Below, piece after piece: positions 48,706 to 60,875 of a stretch of DNA of 64,000 nt. The first letter of the stretch is position 1. Each line of letters begins with the position of its first letter. Source of the stretch: Squalus acanthias. Its lineage: Eukaryota. The notes under the pieces were generated by a model, which had not been told where the DNA came from, made no database searches, and saw only the letters and a list, made by a program, of their open reading frames with translations. The stretch covers positions 93,312,001-93,376,000 of the forward strand of contig CM059432.1 of NCBI GenBank assembly GCA_030390025.1. The letters are read 5' to 3'. The position numbers and the translations under genes are program-made.

Positions 48706-49940
48706 GGCCCATAATTTGCTGTCAAAATAATGATGAAGCTAATGACGCTCTCCGTTATTTATGCGTAAATGCTACAGTAACTTCAGGCAAGGGCAGATGC
48801 GAGGTTAAACGCGGAAATCCAAAAGTTGCTGCCCCGGCACACTGCTCTGCCGTTAGCTTTGTGAAAACGGCATCTCACTGTTTACCTCACCATTGATATG
48901 CATTGAACGGCATGAAGTTGCTGCATTTGCACGGCAGATATGAAGTAAACTCACCACAGAAAGTTAAGTCAAGTCATTTCAAGTCTAAGTACCCTTTTAA
49001 CGATGTGACAAGTGTTAATTACTGTCAATCAACCTCTCTGGCACCGAAAATTAACTATTACAAGTGTGGAGTCTCATTCCTTCAGGTTTTAATTGTGGTT
49101 GGAGATTTAAAAAATGTAAAATGTAAAATTTTTAATTTTCTTACTTTTCTTTTCTGTCTCTTTTTTTCTCTCTCTCTTAATCCAATATTTCGTTCCCTCT
49201 CTATTTCTTTTTCTGTCAACTATGGCTCAGTTGGTAGCACTCTCGCCTCTGAGTCAGCAGGTTGTGGGTTCAAGTCCCACTCTAGAGACTTGAGCACAAA
49301 ATCTAGGCTGACACTCCAGTGCAGTACTGAGGGAGCGCTGCACTGTCAGAGGTGCCGTCTTTCGGATGAGACGTTAAATCGAGGCTCGTCTGCTCTCTCA
49401 GGTGGACGTAAAAGATCCCATGGCATTATTTTGAAGAAGGGCAGTGGAGTAATCCCCAGTGTCCGGGCCAATATTTATCCCTCAATCAACATAACAAAAA
49501 CAGATTATCTGGTCATTATCACATTGGTTTGTGGGAGCTTGCTGTGCGCAATTGGCTGCCGCGTTTCCTACATTGCAACAGTGACTACATTCCAAAAGTA
49601 CTTTATTGGCAGTAAAGCACTTTGGGACGACCTGAGGTCATGAAAGGCGCTATATAAATGTAAGTCTTTCTTTCTTTCTGTACCTGATTTGAAATTGAAT
49701 TCACCCACTTTAATTTACACTTCCTTCTCAGTCCTTATGCCGTTAATTTCACAATCCTTCAATCTGATTGATTTAGGAGATACACAGTTGCTTGCCCTTT
49801 TCACTCAGGTCCCAGATGTCCTGTTTCCCTTGCTGCGACGTTATCAGCTCGCACTTCCAGCAACTTGCCACGCAAAAATTTTAAAAACCTAAACTAACGG
49901 CAGGCGCTGTTAGATGCCCTGCTCCAGCAAGTTATGGCCC
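48706..49940. mobile_element. Harbinger-like MITE hosting a Deu-SINE
   Basis: TIR GGCCCATAATTTGCTG / CAGCAAGTTATGGCCC (14 of 16). Flanking trimers ATT/AAT. Confidence 0.7.
49214..49680 (+). mobile_element. Full-length Deu-domain SINE (SacSINE1/AmnSINE1-like)
   Basis: tRNA-like head, Deu core GGTGCCGTCTTTCGGATGAGACGTTAAA...GGTGGACGTAAAAGATCCCATGGC, and tail GAAAGGCGCTATATAAATG..(TCTT)n. Confidence 0.9.
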
Positions 49941-50406
49941 AATATACCACAGATGTCAAAGCAATATTATTAGATTTGTGGAGAACTGGAAGATAGCATT
50001 GGCAGTGATTCCTGTTTCTGGAACATGACAATACTGTAGAGATACTGCTCATATGTTGCGATGGACAAGATTCCATTTCCTTATCACTTTAGTGGGAGGT
50101 CACGAAGTCAGATTTTAAACTACCGGTTGTTACAGATTTCAGTTCTTACTTTTTTGTAAGATAAACTTCTGAAAGTCTGTATGACCAGTCCCAGCCAACA
50201 AAAACAAAAGTGAAGTCTGCTAATGAGTTTTGCTTCCCATTTCAGAAAATAAAAAGTGGAGGAGTTTCCTGAATTTTGTTGTGCTGGTCTGGTAATCTCA
50301 CCAGCAGATTCCAACCAGCTGCCTAGACTATTGCAAGTACCAGCAATCACCCTCATGCCTTTTAATTTGCATTAAAAAAAATATAGCATTTTTTTCCCCA
50401 CTCCAG

Positions 50407-50536
50407 GGGGTAGATCTTGACCTTGTGCGATAGTGTAAAACAGGTGATAGCAGCCAGCAGCCGAGAGAGATGTAAAACGGGCTGCTGACTTACCATCACC
50501 CGTTTTACACTATCGTGTAAAGTCAAAATCTGCCCC
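50407..50536. mobile_element. Short palindromic MITE
   Basis: Arms GGGGTAGATCTTGACCTT..GATAGTGTAAAAC and GTTTTACACTATCG..AAGTCAAAATCTGCCCC form an imperfect hairpin. Related fragment near 38110-38180. Confidence 0.7.
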
Positions 50537-52675
50537 ACCCCCCACCACCCTCCAAAGCTTAGCTAGGGGGGAGGTTCTGTGGCAGCACAAAGGCACCCAT
50601 CACATTGGAGCGCATTCCTCCACAGAGAGATAGGTTACAGGTTTACCCCTACAGTAAAGTTGCCATTATCTCCCACTAGATTAGCGTATTGAGAACTAAT
50701 TATAAGCACCAGCTTTCATTTGTAGGACAGAAGTGAGGAGCTGAAATGGGTAAAACATCGACAGAGATAATCTATAAGCAACCACAACAATTTAGACTTT
50801 GTATTTTGCAAAACCAAAATTTGGATCTGACTCTAGATTGTAAGTTATGTATATTGCACGAACAGGCAGAGCCCTGCACTCAGTCGGGACTCCGACCCAA
50901 ACAATCCTCCTGGCCCCATAAATATCTTCCGGCACGCTGTTGGTCCTACTGTGTTTTCCCCTCCCCCCACTTTAAGTGCACAATTTCAGCTCGGCTCCGC
51001 GGGGAAGCTGACAGGTTTCCCATGTTCCGATTGGCGAGCCGCTCTGTCCGCACTCGTCGAGCGCCGGCAGCCTGTAAATGTTATGCAGATGAGACCCGAG
51101 CATCAAAATGGTTCAGGCCTCCTACTGGTGCTTTAGGCGATAGCCTCGCCCACCGCCCGCTCGTTTTGCACCACAGTTGAAAATGGTCCCCAGTATTATC
51201 TGAGGCGCATGTTTTGTGTTGGTAGGTTGTTCTTTTGCTTTACATTAGGAGGAGAGAATTTTCTATTCCAGTATAAGGACTTGAATTTATTTAAAAATTA
51301 GTTGAGGATAAAAATGCTTCCTAAAAAAAAACTATTCGGCAGCGCGCCGACTGAGGAGGTTGGTGGGAAATTCGGCAGTACCTCCACAGAGCCAAGCCCA
51401 AAATTTATGTTGGGGAGGGGGGTGGGGCAGGGAGGGTGCATGGAAGGATCTGCAGCAAACAGAGATTTTTCTGGGGCCAGGAGGATTGTTTGTGTCCTCA
51501 TTTCTACCGGGTTTCTTCACTCTGATTGCACAATCTGCCAATAGGATCCCACAAATCGATTAAAATGCCTTCTGAGGTGTTTTTTTCTCAGTAACTGAAA
51601 TATCTATGTCTAAAATTTAAACAAAATAAAATATATATATATATTTCACAATAACAAGATTACATTTATTCATTGAATTGTCTTTTAATGTCTTCATTAA
51701 TGTTTTTACTTCAAGGCCTCAGCCACTCCCAAAATCCTGCAACGGGGACTGCAGTGCTAGCTGTGGCAGTTGCTTTCAGGTTTTGGTGCAGGAGGTGACA
51801 CAACTCTGTGACAGCTTCCATGGAGAAGCTCCTCAAAAAACTGTAGGCATGTTGTCCTGAGCCTATAAACTCTGTTGGGAGGGTAAGGATTCGTGTGAGC
51901 ACACCTCCTTCTATTTGCTCCCCCTGCAGCTGTAGCTCTGTTTCCTCCTTCCTCCAGCTGTTGTGGCTCCTGCTCCTCCTTCTCCTCTTGTCAGCCTGGA
52001 ATTCCCAGAAGGACGCTCATGAAGAAAAAAGTGTGTTGCCAGAAACTTAAGAGTTCATAACATTCTACAGCAACTAAAAGCACTTTAAAATTGTCTAAGT
52101 AGCAAAAAGAAAACCCACATTTTAATACAAGCAAGTGCCTCCCAAAACTTTCTAGAGTTTTACCTGAGAGCTGAGGATCCCATTAAATATCAGTGGAAAT
52201 GTCCATCCCCTGACTCGTACTGCGCACGGCCTGTGCGCTGATGCAGGAACTGGTGGTAGCCACATGGACAGTAATGAAAATGGTATTGGCGGGGTGGGGG
52301 GTTTATAAGTTGACCCCAATTTTCAGCGGGTGCTGTGGGAGCAGTAGATCGAGGTCGGCTCAAAAATCGGAATTGGCAGAAACCAATCGGCAAGTCGCCG
52401 CTTCAACTGTATGTGCAATTTGGGTTCCGTTTTTAAGTGCAAAAGTGACACAAAAATCCCCCACATTATGTTTACTCTTCAATTATAGGCTTCAAAGATT
52501 ACGTGCGTATACTCAGTATACCCTCAATTACTTGCAAGCAAAAATGTGCATACCCCTGTCTCCAAACATAAGAGAGTAAATAGTTTTACTTCAGCACCTG
52601 GGTTTAAATCCCGATTAATACAGGAGATTAAAGAGAAAAGTGCAAGTAGTTTCAATGTAGTTCTTAGAGGACCAC

Positions 52676-53175
52676 AGCCCCCAACACCAACATTACTGGA
52701 GCCCCCAACACCAACATTACTGGAGCCCCCAACACAAACATTACTGGAGCCCCCAACACAAACATTACTGGAGCCCCCAACACAAACATTACTGGAGCCC
52801 CCAACACCAACATTACTGGAGCCCCCAACACCAACATTACTGGAGCCCCCAACACCAACATTACTGGAGCCCCCAACACCAACATTACTGGAGCCCCCAA
52901 CACCAACATTACTGGAGCCCCCAACACCAACATTACTGGAGCCCCCAACACAAACATTACTGGAGCCCCCAACACCAACATTACTGGAGCCCCCAACACC
53001 AACATTACTGGAGCCCCCAACACCAACATTACTGGAGCCCCCAACACCAACATTACTGGAGCCCCCAACACCAACATTACTGGAGCCCCCAACACCAACA
53101 TTACTGGAGCCCCCAACACCAACATTACTGGAGCCCCCAACACAAACATTACTGGAGCCCCCAACACAAACATTA
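52676..53175. repeat. 24-bp minisatellite, left block, about 21 units (CCCCCAACACMAACATTACTGGAG)
   Basis: 8-aa periodic ORFs. Confidence 0.97.
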
Positions 53176-53176
53176 A

Positions 53177-54459
53177 TGTGAAGGGATAATTACTAGTCCG
53201 AGCCCCTTTAGGGCTACCCTGGATCAGGCGTTTATCCCAGACGTTCACTTTCAACTAAAGTTTGAGGTAGCCGAATCCTAAATACGCTTAATTGGGTCTA
53301 AAGGTCCAGACCATCTCTCCCTAAAGGAAAGGAACAACCTGAAGATGTTACCGTCCTCCAGATAGCACTTTTAATAAGTTTAGCTAGACTCTAACGTTCC
53401 GGATATTATGAGGGTCCGGAAAACTCCCCCAGAATTCTGCAACTCCTCACCAAAGAGCGTACAGAGATTGAGTTCGTGAGTTTGATACAGAAGTATTATG
53501 TGAGACAATTCTAAAAATATATAGATTTATTAAAGAACCGACATGTAATTTACTGTTGGTGATTCAATCACAACATTAACAGTTCCAAAAACAGAAATCT
53601 TACAATTCTATTATCAGAGATCCTTATTCTCAAATCTTATCTTCGCTACATTTTTACAGTTCTTAGTCTTATTCCAGGATATCCACCAAAATCAAATACA
53701 GTACAATACCTTGATCCCCGAGGTACAAAGAGTTGTAGACTTACAGAGCTTGCCTCTGAAGCCAAGAATCGCTTTGCCCCTTTACAGTGAATCTATCATC
53801 CCATTTGAAAGTTCAATATTTATATCCTTTTTCAGTGGTATGTCCTTTGAAGTTTTCTGCTGATGTAAGCTAATTATCTCTAGTCATTTTTCTGCTGACC
53901 CCTGCTATTCTTACAGTCAGTTCAGCTGGTAGCAATGCAGACTCGTGTCTCTCCTTTAAGTGTTCGAAGCTTATCATAAAAACGATGTAACAGCAAGTGC
54001 ATCTATTTGATGTCATTCTTACCAAGGTCTTCTGTTTGTGTTTTTTTACGATGTGTAAATTAAAACACCTCAACCAGGTGCACCATTGTCTTCTTAGTTA
54101 CCTCAGCTGGTTGCAACACAGAATCGTGTCTCCTGTGTTTCATTTGATGTCATTTTTATGAAGGCATATGTTTCTTAATTTTCTGTGTTTCTTTCCGAAG
54201 TGTAATTTAGGACACCTTAACAGGGTGTACCATTGTGTTCTTTCCAAAGCTTCAGACTTCAGGAGCTTCCAACCTCCTGTTTCAATAAGGTTATTGATTC
54301 AGTGTCAACAACTTATCTTATCTCAATAGCCTGTATGCTGTTTACAGCTTTAGATTGTTGAGGCTTCCAGATTTCCAAACCCAGTTTGTCATGTTTTAAT
54401 AAGGCCAGAATTATTTCATAGAATGGTGTATTTTTCTGAATATGGCTTATTCCTTCACA
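53177..54459 (-). mobile_element. Solo LTR-like element inserted in the 24-bp minisatellite
   Basis: TGTGAAGGGATAA / TTATTCCTTCACA termini (12 of 13). On minus, TATAAA near 53819-53824 and AATAAA near 53526-53531. Diverged internal direct repeat at about 53918-54240. No clean TSD. Confidence 0.7.
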
Positions 54460-54929
54460 ACTGGAGCCTCCAACACACACATTACTGGAGCCCCCAACAC
54501 ACACATTACTGGAGCCCCCAACACATACATTACTGGAGCCCCCAACACAAACATTACTGGAGCCCCCAACACAAACATTACTGGAGCCCCCAACACAAAC
54601 ATTACTGGAGCCCCCAACACCAACATTACTGGAGCCCCCAACACCAACATTACTGGAGCCCCCAACACCAACATTACTGGAGCCCCCAACACATACATTA
54701 CTGGAGCCCCCAACACCAACATTACTGGAGCCCCCAACACCAACATTACTGGAGCCCCCAACACCAACATTACTGGAGCCCCCAACACCAACATTACTGG
54801 AGCCCCCAACACATACATTACTGGAGCCCCCAACACAAACATTACTGGAGCCCCCAACACAAACATTACTGGAGCCCCCAACACAAACATTACTGGAGCC
54901 CTCAGCCCCCAACACAAACATTACTGGAG
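54460..54929. repeat. 24-bp minisatellite, right block, about 19 units
   Basis: Same unit as 52676-53175. Confidence 0.97.
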
Positions 54930-55192
54930 GTCATCACAAAGCTTGGAGTTTCATTCAAACAGGTCATTGAAATGCAGGTGTGTGAAATAAAAATGTCACC
55001 TTAGGTGCAAAAGAAGGTGTAGCTTTGAGGCCTAGTTTAAGGTACATTTTGCCAAGGCAAATAGAGCATTATGCTGCATCAAACCTGAATGATACTTAAC
55101 CTGAAAGTGCTTGATGATGATATTGAGTGGAAAATTGTTGTAATCTTAGTCATGGTGTTCCTCATATTGATGAGCACAACATTCAGGAATAT

Positions 55193-55850
55193 ATAAGAAC
55201 AGGAGTAGGCCATTCAGTCCCTTGAGCCTGTTCCGCCATTCAATTAGATTATGGCTGATCTGTGTCTTAACTCCATCTACTCACTTTGGTTTCTTAACTC
55301 TTAATAGCCTTGCCTAACAAAAATCTATCAATCTCAGTTTTGAAATTTTCAATTAACCTAGCCTCAGCAGCTTTTTGGGGAAGAAAGTTCCAGATTTCCA
55401 CTACCCTTTACACAAAGAAGCGCTCTCTGACATCACCCTTGAACGGCCTAGCTCTAATTTTAAGGTTATGCCCTCTTGCTCTGGACTCCCCCGCCAGAGG
55501 AAATAAGTTTCTCTCCATCTACCCTATCAACTCCTTTGATCATCTTAAACACCTCAATTAAATCACCTCTTAATCTTCTATATTCAAGGGAATACAATCC
55601 TAGTCTTCTGACGAAAGGTGATCGACGTGAAACGTCAACTCTGTTTCTCTCTCCACAGATGTTGCTTGACCAGCTGAGTATTTCCAGCATTCTGTGTTTT
55701 TTTTTCAGATTTCCAGCATCCACAGTATTTTGCTTTTGTACAAGCCTAGTCTATGCAACCGGTCTTCATAATTTAACCCTTTTAGCCCTGTTATCATTCT
55801 GGTGAATTTCATTGCACTCCCTCCAAGGCCAACATATCCTTCCTGAGGTG
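55193..55850 (-). mobile_element. CR1 3' fragment interrupted by a PLE-derived element
   Basis: RLGLYSLEYRRLRGDLIEVFK peptide and CR1 3' UTR. Confidence 0.85.
55607..55738 (+). mobile_element. PLE-derived monomer with a 14-bp TSD, starting at the hammerhead core
   Basis: TACAATCCTAGTCT (55593-55606) / TACAAGCCTAGTCT (55739-55752). Insert begins TCTGACGAAAGGTGATCGACGTGAAACGTCAACT. Confidence 0.8.
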
Positions 55851-55916
55851 CATTTTGTTTTAAAAAGGACATCTGTGATAATTGATGATTTGGCATAACT
55901 TCCTTCAGCTCATATG

Positions 55917-56070
55917 ATGAGATAGATTTTTGGACTCTAGGGGAACCAAGGGATATGGAGATCGGGCGGGAAAGTGGAGTTGAGGTCGATGATCAGCCAT
56001 GATCTTATTGAATGGCGGAGCAGGCTCGAGGGGCCGTATGGCCTACTCCTGCTCCTATTTCTTATGTTCA
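55917..56070 (+). mobile_element. CR1 3' end
   Basis: Near-identical to 15478-15632 and 60715-60870. Confidence 0.85.
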
Positions 56071-56601
56071 GGGCTTTAAAGTTCTTCAGCTCTTAAATTG
56101 GGGTGTTCAGGGTTGTGGAGTTCTTAGCAGATATGATGGGTGTTCAGGAATGTTCAATTTTTCCTTCAGCTAGAATGATTGAGTGGTCAGGGCTGTAGAT
56201 TCCCACCTTGGCTGCCTTCAAACGTATCTGTGACTCTCACTACTGCAGTCAGGACAGGTCCCGAAAGTTTTTCTCTGCTGCTATGTAATCCTTCATATAA
56301 AACTCACACAAGAGCCGGAACTTTTACCTGCCGATGCGCTGGCAGAGGGGTAGCCCTGAATCAGCGGGGGAGCCCTGGATCGTGTGGGGAACACGGAAGT
56401 TTCAGCGGCGCGTTTGTCAATGGCTTTTTAACGAAGCCACTGCATTTGCATCTGACTTCCGAGTTTCCCGACCAATTAACGCGAGTGGGCGTGATGACAT
56501 CACGCACGGGTCCAATTCAGCGGAGGTATTTAAAGGAACACTGCAAAGATGACACTTGACAGTTTGTGGAGGTTGGAGAAACATTGCTTGGAGAGAAAGA
56601 A

Positions 56602-58632
56602 ATGCAGTCGCAGCGTACAAAAGCTGCCCCTCACTTCAGTGATGCCTCCCTGGACCTCCTGCTGCAAGGTGTTGGGGCCCGCAGGGAGGCGATATTCCCT
56701 GCTGACGGGAGGAAAAAGTCAGCCTCAGAGACCAAGAAGGCATGGCGGGAGATTGCGGCGGAGGTGAGCAGCAGGAATGTGGTAACACGGTCCTGGATAC
56801 AGTACAGGAAGAGAATTAATGACCGCATGAGGTCAGGAAAGGTGAGTACAATGCTACATTCAACTACATCCTGATGTGTGTGTCACCCCAACCCCCTCAC
56901 TCCACCTTCCCAAACCTACTCAAGCTACTTGGAAAATAAAGAATCCAAATGGGGTAGAAGAGCAAAGGGATCTGGGAGTACAAATACACAAATCACTAAA
57001 AGTTGCGGCACAGGTTAACAAGGCCATAAAAAAGCAAACCAAGCACTAGGGTTTATTTCTAGAGGTATAAAATTGAAAAGTAAAGAATTTGTGCTAAACT
57101 TGTATTGAATCTTGGTTAGGCCACACTTGGAGTACTGTGTACAGTTCTGGTCGCCATATTATAAAAAGGATATAGAGGCACTGGAGAGGGTGCAAAAAAG
57201 ATTTACAAGGATGATACCAGAAATGTGAGGTATAACTATCAGGAAAGGATGAACTGTCTGGGTCTCTTTTCTCCTGAAAAGAGAAGGCTGAGGGTTGACC
57301 TAATAGAGGTCTTTAAAATTATGAAAGGTTTTGATAAAGTAGACAGAGAGGGAGTGTTTTCACTTGTGGGGAAGAGCAAAACTAAAGGCCATCAATATAA
57401 GATAGTCACCAAGAAATCAAATAGGGAATTCAGAAGAAACGATTTTACACAGAGAGTGGTGGGAATGTGGAACTCACTTCCACAGGGAGTGGTAGAAGCG
57501 AATAGTATAGATGCATTTACGGGAAGGATAGATAAACATATGAGGGGGAAGGGAATAGAGGGTTATGCTGATAGAGTTAGATGAGGAAAGAAGGGAGGAG
57601 GCTCGAGTGGAGCATAAACGCCAGCATGGACAGGTTGGGCTGAATGGCCTGTTTCTGTGCTGTATATCCTATGTAATTTATGTACTTCTGCACATCACTC
57701 CTCACACCAACGTACCTTTCAAGTGCACCCATCCCTCTCTGTCTATGCACTTCCTTACATTCCCATCTGATGATCCACCACTGGCACTCACCCTCATCTT
57801 AATGCAATGCCTCTCGCTCATAGTCACCCTCTACAGATGTTGCCCATCCCTGCGTTCCACTCATTCCATGACTCTCATTCAAAGGTCTCTTGTTTCCCTC
57901 CTTGCAGGAGAAGAGGACACAGAACAGCTGGGAGAGGCAGAGAACAGGAGGTGGCCCTCCAGTCATCGCCACGCTGACTGCTGCAGAGGAGGCGGCACTG
58001 GAGCTAACTGGAGTATCGGCGTTGATGGCGGTGCGAGATGGAGAAAGGGGAGCTCCCAGCTACCTGGTGACAGAATTAAATAGCACATATTGTCGTCGTC
58101 GGAGGGTTCAGGACACTTCAAGCTCTGCTCAGCTAGACGCAGATACTGAACCTCAGGGGCCGTCAACAAAAAGGATGATTCTGGAGGAGCAGCAGAAAAT
58201 GGGCGAGGCTCTGGCAGGATTTCCAGCCGCAATAAAAACCTAGATTTGGCCGTTCATCGCCCCACTGATGTGCAGCAAAGCGCTCTCCAGCTCATTGCTA
58301 GCAGGGAAGTACGGGTGGTACATGGGAGGGATGATGGCGAAAGGGGACTCTGCTCAAAGCGCTTCCACTTCTCACCCATTCCACCCGCCCCCACCGTCCC
58401 AGTCAGTGCCCCACATGCTGACTCCTGTCCCAATGGCCAAATCTGCCCCTGCACAGGTGCCGGTAGAGTAGTCTTTGGCGGGGCCCTCACGAGCTCCAAA
58501 ACCCAGAGGACGTCGGCCAAAAGCACCTGAGCAGTCAGAGCAGCGAGTGAGCAGCCGGCTTCCACCTCTGCTGAAGCCACGGAGGTTGCACGACGTAGAA
58601 GTGGTAGGAAGAGGAAGAGGAAAGAATTCTAG
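56602..58632 (+). pseudogene. Harbinger Myb/SANT-like protein (exon 1 56602-56841, exon 2 57908-58066, partly deleted exon 3)
   Basis: APHFSDASLDLL...AWREIA...RSWIQYRKRINDR|EKRTQNSWERQRTGGGPP. Exon 1 is 240 nt as in copy 1. Basic C-terminus RRSGRKRKRKEF. Confidence 0.85.
56928..57685 (+). mobile_element. CR1 3' fragment in the Myb intron
   Basis: ORF 57225-57584 (DLIEVFKIMKG, FTQRVVGMWNSLP). Confidence 0.9.
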
Positions 58633-58940
58633 GTGCACAAGGGTATGCTCATGGGTGTGTTAGGCAATGTTTCACTGTGAAGGTTATTTTTAAATTTTGA
58701 GGCACATAAAATTATTTCTTTGCACCACTTTCCCGTCTTGCCCATTTTTGCCTGCTGTCTGGCAAGCGGCCTTCTCACCTGTAATGAATGGTAAGACATG
58801 ACTTAACTGCAAGCAATGGGTGTCTGTGAAAGGAATGGTTTGGTCATTGTATGACTGCTTTGTGGTTGGGGGGATGGGGGGGGAGGCGGGAAAGTGGGTG
58901 CAGCATCTGGGTGCCTGATGGGTGCACTGGTGCAAGCTAA

Positions 58941-60089
58941 CTAAATCATGCCATTATGAGGCCATCCCAGGCAGCAATGTGCCACGTCCACATCAAGTTC
59001 CTCCTCCTCCTCTGAAGAGGCTGTGCACTCTGCGCCTAGCTCCACCTGCAGCTCCAATCCTCGCTGCTGCACTATGTTGTGCAGAGCGCAACATACCATG
59101 ATGATTCTGGAGACCCTGGCTAGTGCGTATTGAAGGGCTCCTCCAGATCTGTCCGGGCATCTGAAGCTCATCTTCAGCATCCCGATTGCTTGCTCTGTTA
59201 CACATCTCGTCGTCATTTGGCTTTGATTGTAGTGCTCTTCGGCCTCATTGCTTGAGCTCCTCAAGGGTGTCATCAGCCACATCTTCAGTGGATACTCCTT
59301 GTCTCCAAGCAGCCAACCAGTAAATCTGGTTGGAGGTGCAAAGAGCTGAGGGAGGGTGGACTGGTGCAGGAGGAATGAATCATGGCAGCTCCCTGAGAAT
59401 CTGGCACACACCTGAATGATGATCTTTTTGTGATTGCAGACGAGCTGCACATTGATGGAGTAGTAGTGCCTATGGTTTACAAACACTCCTGGGTGATCTG
59501 GGGGTGCCTTGATCGCCACATGTGTGCAGTCGATGATGCCTTGCACCTGTGGGAAGCCAGCCAGAGCCGCAAACCCAAGCGCCCGCTCATTCTGACTGGC
59601 TTCATCGGTGGTAAAGTGTACATAATCGCCTGCTCTAGCAAACATGGCATCGGTCACCTGGGTGATGCATTTGTGGGCGGCCGACTGCAAAATCCTGCAA
59701 ATATCTCCTGCAGATCCCTGGAAGCAGCCTGATGCGAATAAGTTGAGGGCGGTGGTCACTGACAGCCACTGGTAACGCGTGTCCACCAGGTCCACTTGGC
59801 AGCAGGTCTTCTTCCAGCAGGCTACAAATGTCTGCCACGACCTAACGCGATACCTGAGCCTCCTGAGGCACTGCTGTTCAGTCATGTCCAGGAAGCTGAT
59901 CCTCTGCCTATATACCCTGTACTGGGGGTATCGCCTCCAGCAAGTTGCACTCCTGTGCTCATCAACTCTCTCCTGTGGAGCAGCAGGTCGGTGAGGAGAA
60001 GGCTGCTGCTGCTCCTACTGGTGTTGATGCTGGTGCTCATCTTGGTCCTCATCTGAGGTCCAAGGTGAAACAGCATAAGTGGCACCCAT
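58941..60089 (-). pseudogene. HARBI1-like DDE transposase with an N-terminal stop and frameshifts
   Basis: ATG at 60089 (MGATYAVSPWTSDED). Open catalytic region with GIIDCTH, GSCHDS, LLGDKEYP, TEQAIGMLK and CCALHN. Confidence 0.93.
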
Positions 60090-60446
60090 GCTGAGCTGAT
60101 AGATGACAGATATAAGTGCAGATCAGACGCACAATCCTCCAAAGTAGTGAGAGTCACCTCCAAAGTTGTAGAAATCACCTGTAAAGTACTGAAAGCAAAG
60201 TCTCAGAACAAGTCCTGTGAGCCTTTCACTTAGGCAAGGAAGCAGGTGTGAGGTCTCAGTATTTATGCAATTTTTTGCCTCTCATTTTCAGCCCCCTTAA
60301 TTGCCGCTGTGCTCTCGCCTTGTTTTCACTGGTGAGGTCCAGGAATCTCGGGAATCCCATGCACACACAGTTAAACTTGAAAACCCATGTAAAAAAGGCT
60401 CTTTATAGTCTCCTAACTACCGATTAATAGGTTTAAATTGGATACC

Positions 60447-60875
60447 TGCTTCTCTCTATTGAGTAGACCAGGCCTATATTCTCTAGAGTTTACAAGAATG
60501 AGGGGTGATCTCATTGAAACATACAAAATTCTTACAGGACTTGACAAGGTAGATGCCTGGCTCCCTGGCTGAGGAGTCTAGAACCAGGGGTCACAGTCTC
60601 AGAATAAGAGGACTGAGATGAGGAGAAATTTCTTCACTCAGAGGGTGATGAATCTTTGGAATTCTCTACCCCAGAGGGCTGTGAAGGCTCAGTCGTTGAG
60701 TATATTCAAGACAGAGATCAATAGATTTTTGGATATTAAGGGAATCAAGGGATATGGGGATAGTGCAGGAAAGTGGAGCTGAGGTAGAAGATCAGCCATG
60801 ATCTTATTGAATGGCGGAGCAGGCTCCAGGGACCGAATGGCCTACTCCTGCTCCTATTTCTTATGTTCTTATGTT
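60447..60875 (+). mobile_element. CR1 3' end inside the Harbinger right arm
   Basis: CR1 C-terminal coding relic, 3' UTR and (TTCTTATG)n tail. Confidence 0.9.

Noticed and set aside
48903..49643. 246-aa ORF
   Set aside because: Chance read-through across a MITE and a Deu-SINE, with no domain-like sequence.
50960..52460. Further Harbinger-like MITEs and transposase relic
   Set aside because: CpG-rich patches and partial TIR-like ends are visible, but I could not pair termini or find TSDs reliably.
52546..55004. Mucin-like or extensin-like ORFs (PPTPTLLE, ITGAPNTN)
   Set aside because: Translations of the 24-bp minisatellite, which is interrupted by an LTR-like insert.
58941..59885. Domesticated HARBI1 gene or active transposase
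   Set aside because: Lies in a transposon with a Myb partner. The N-terminal region has a stop and compensating frameshifts, and the partner gene is partly deleted.
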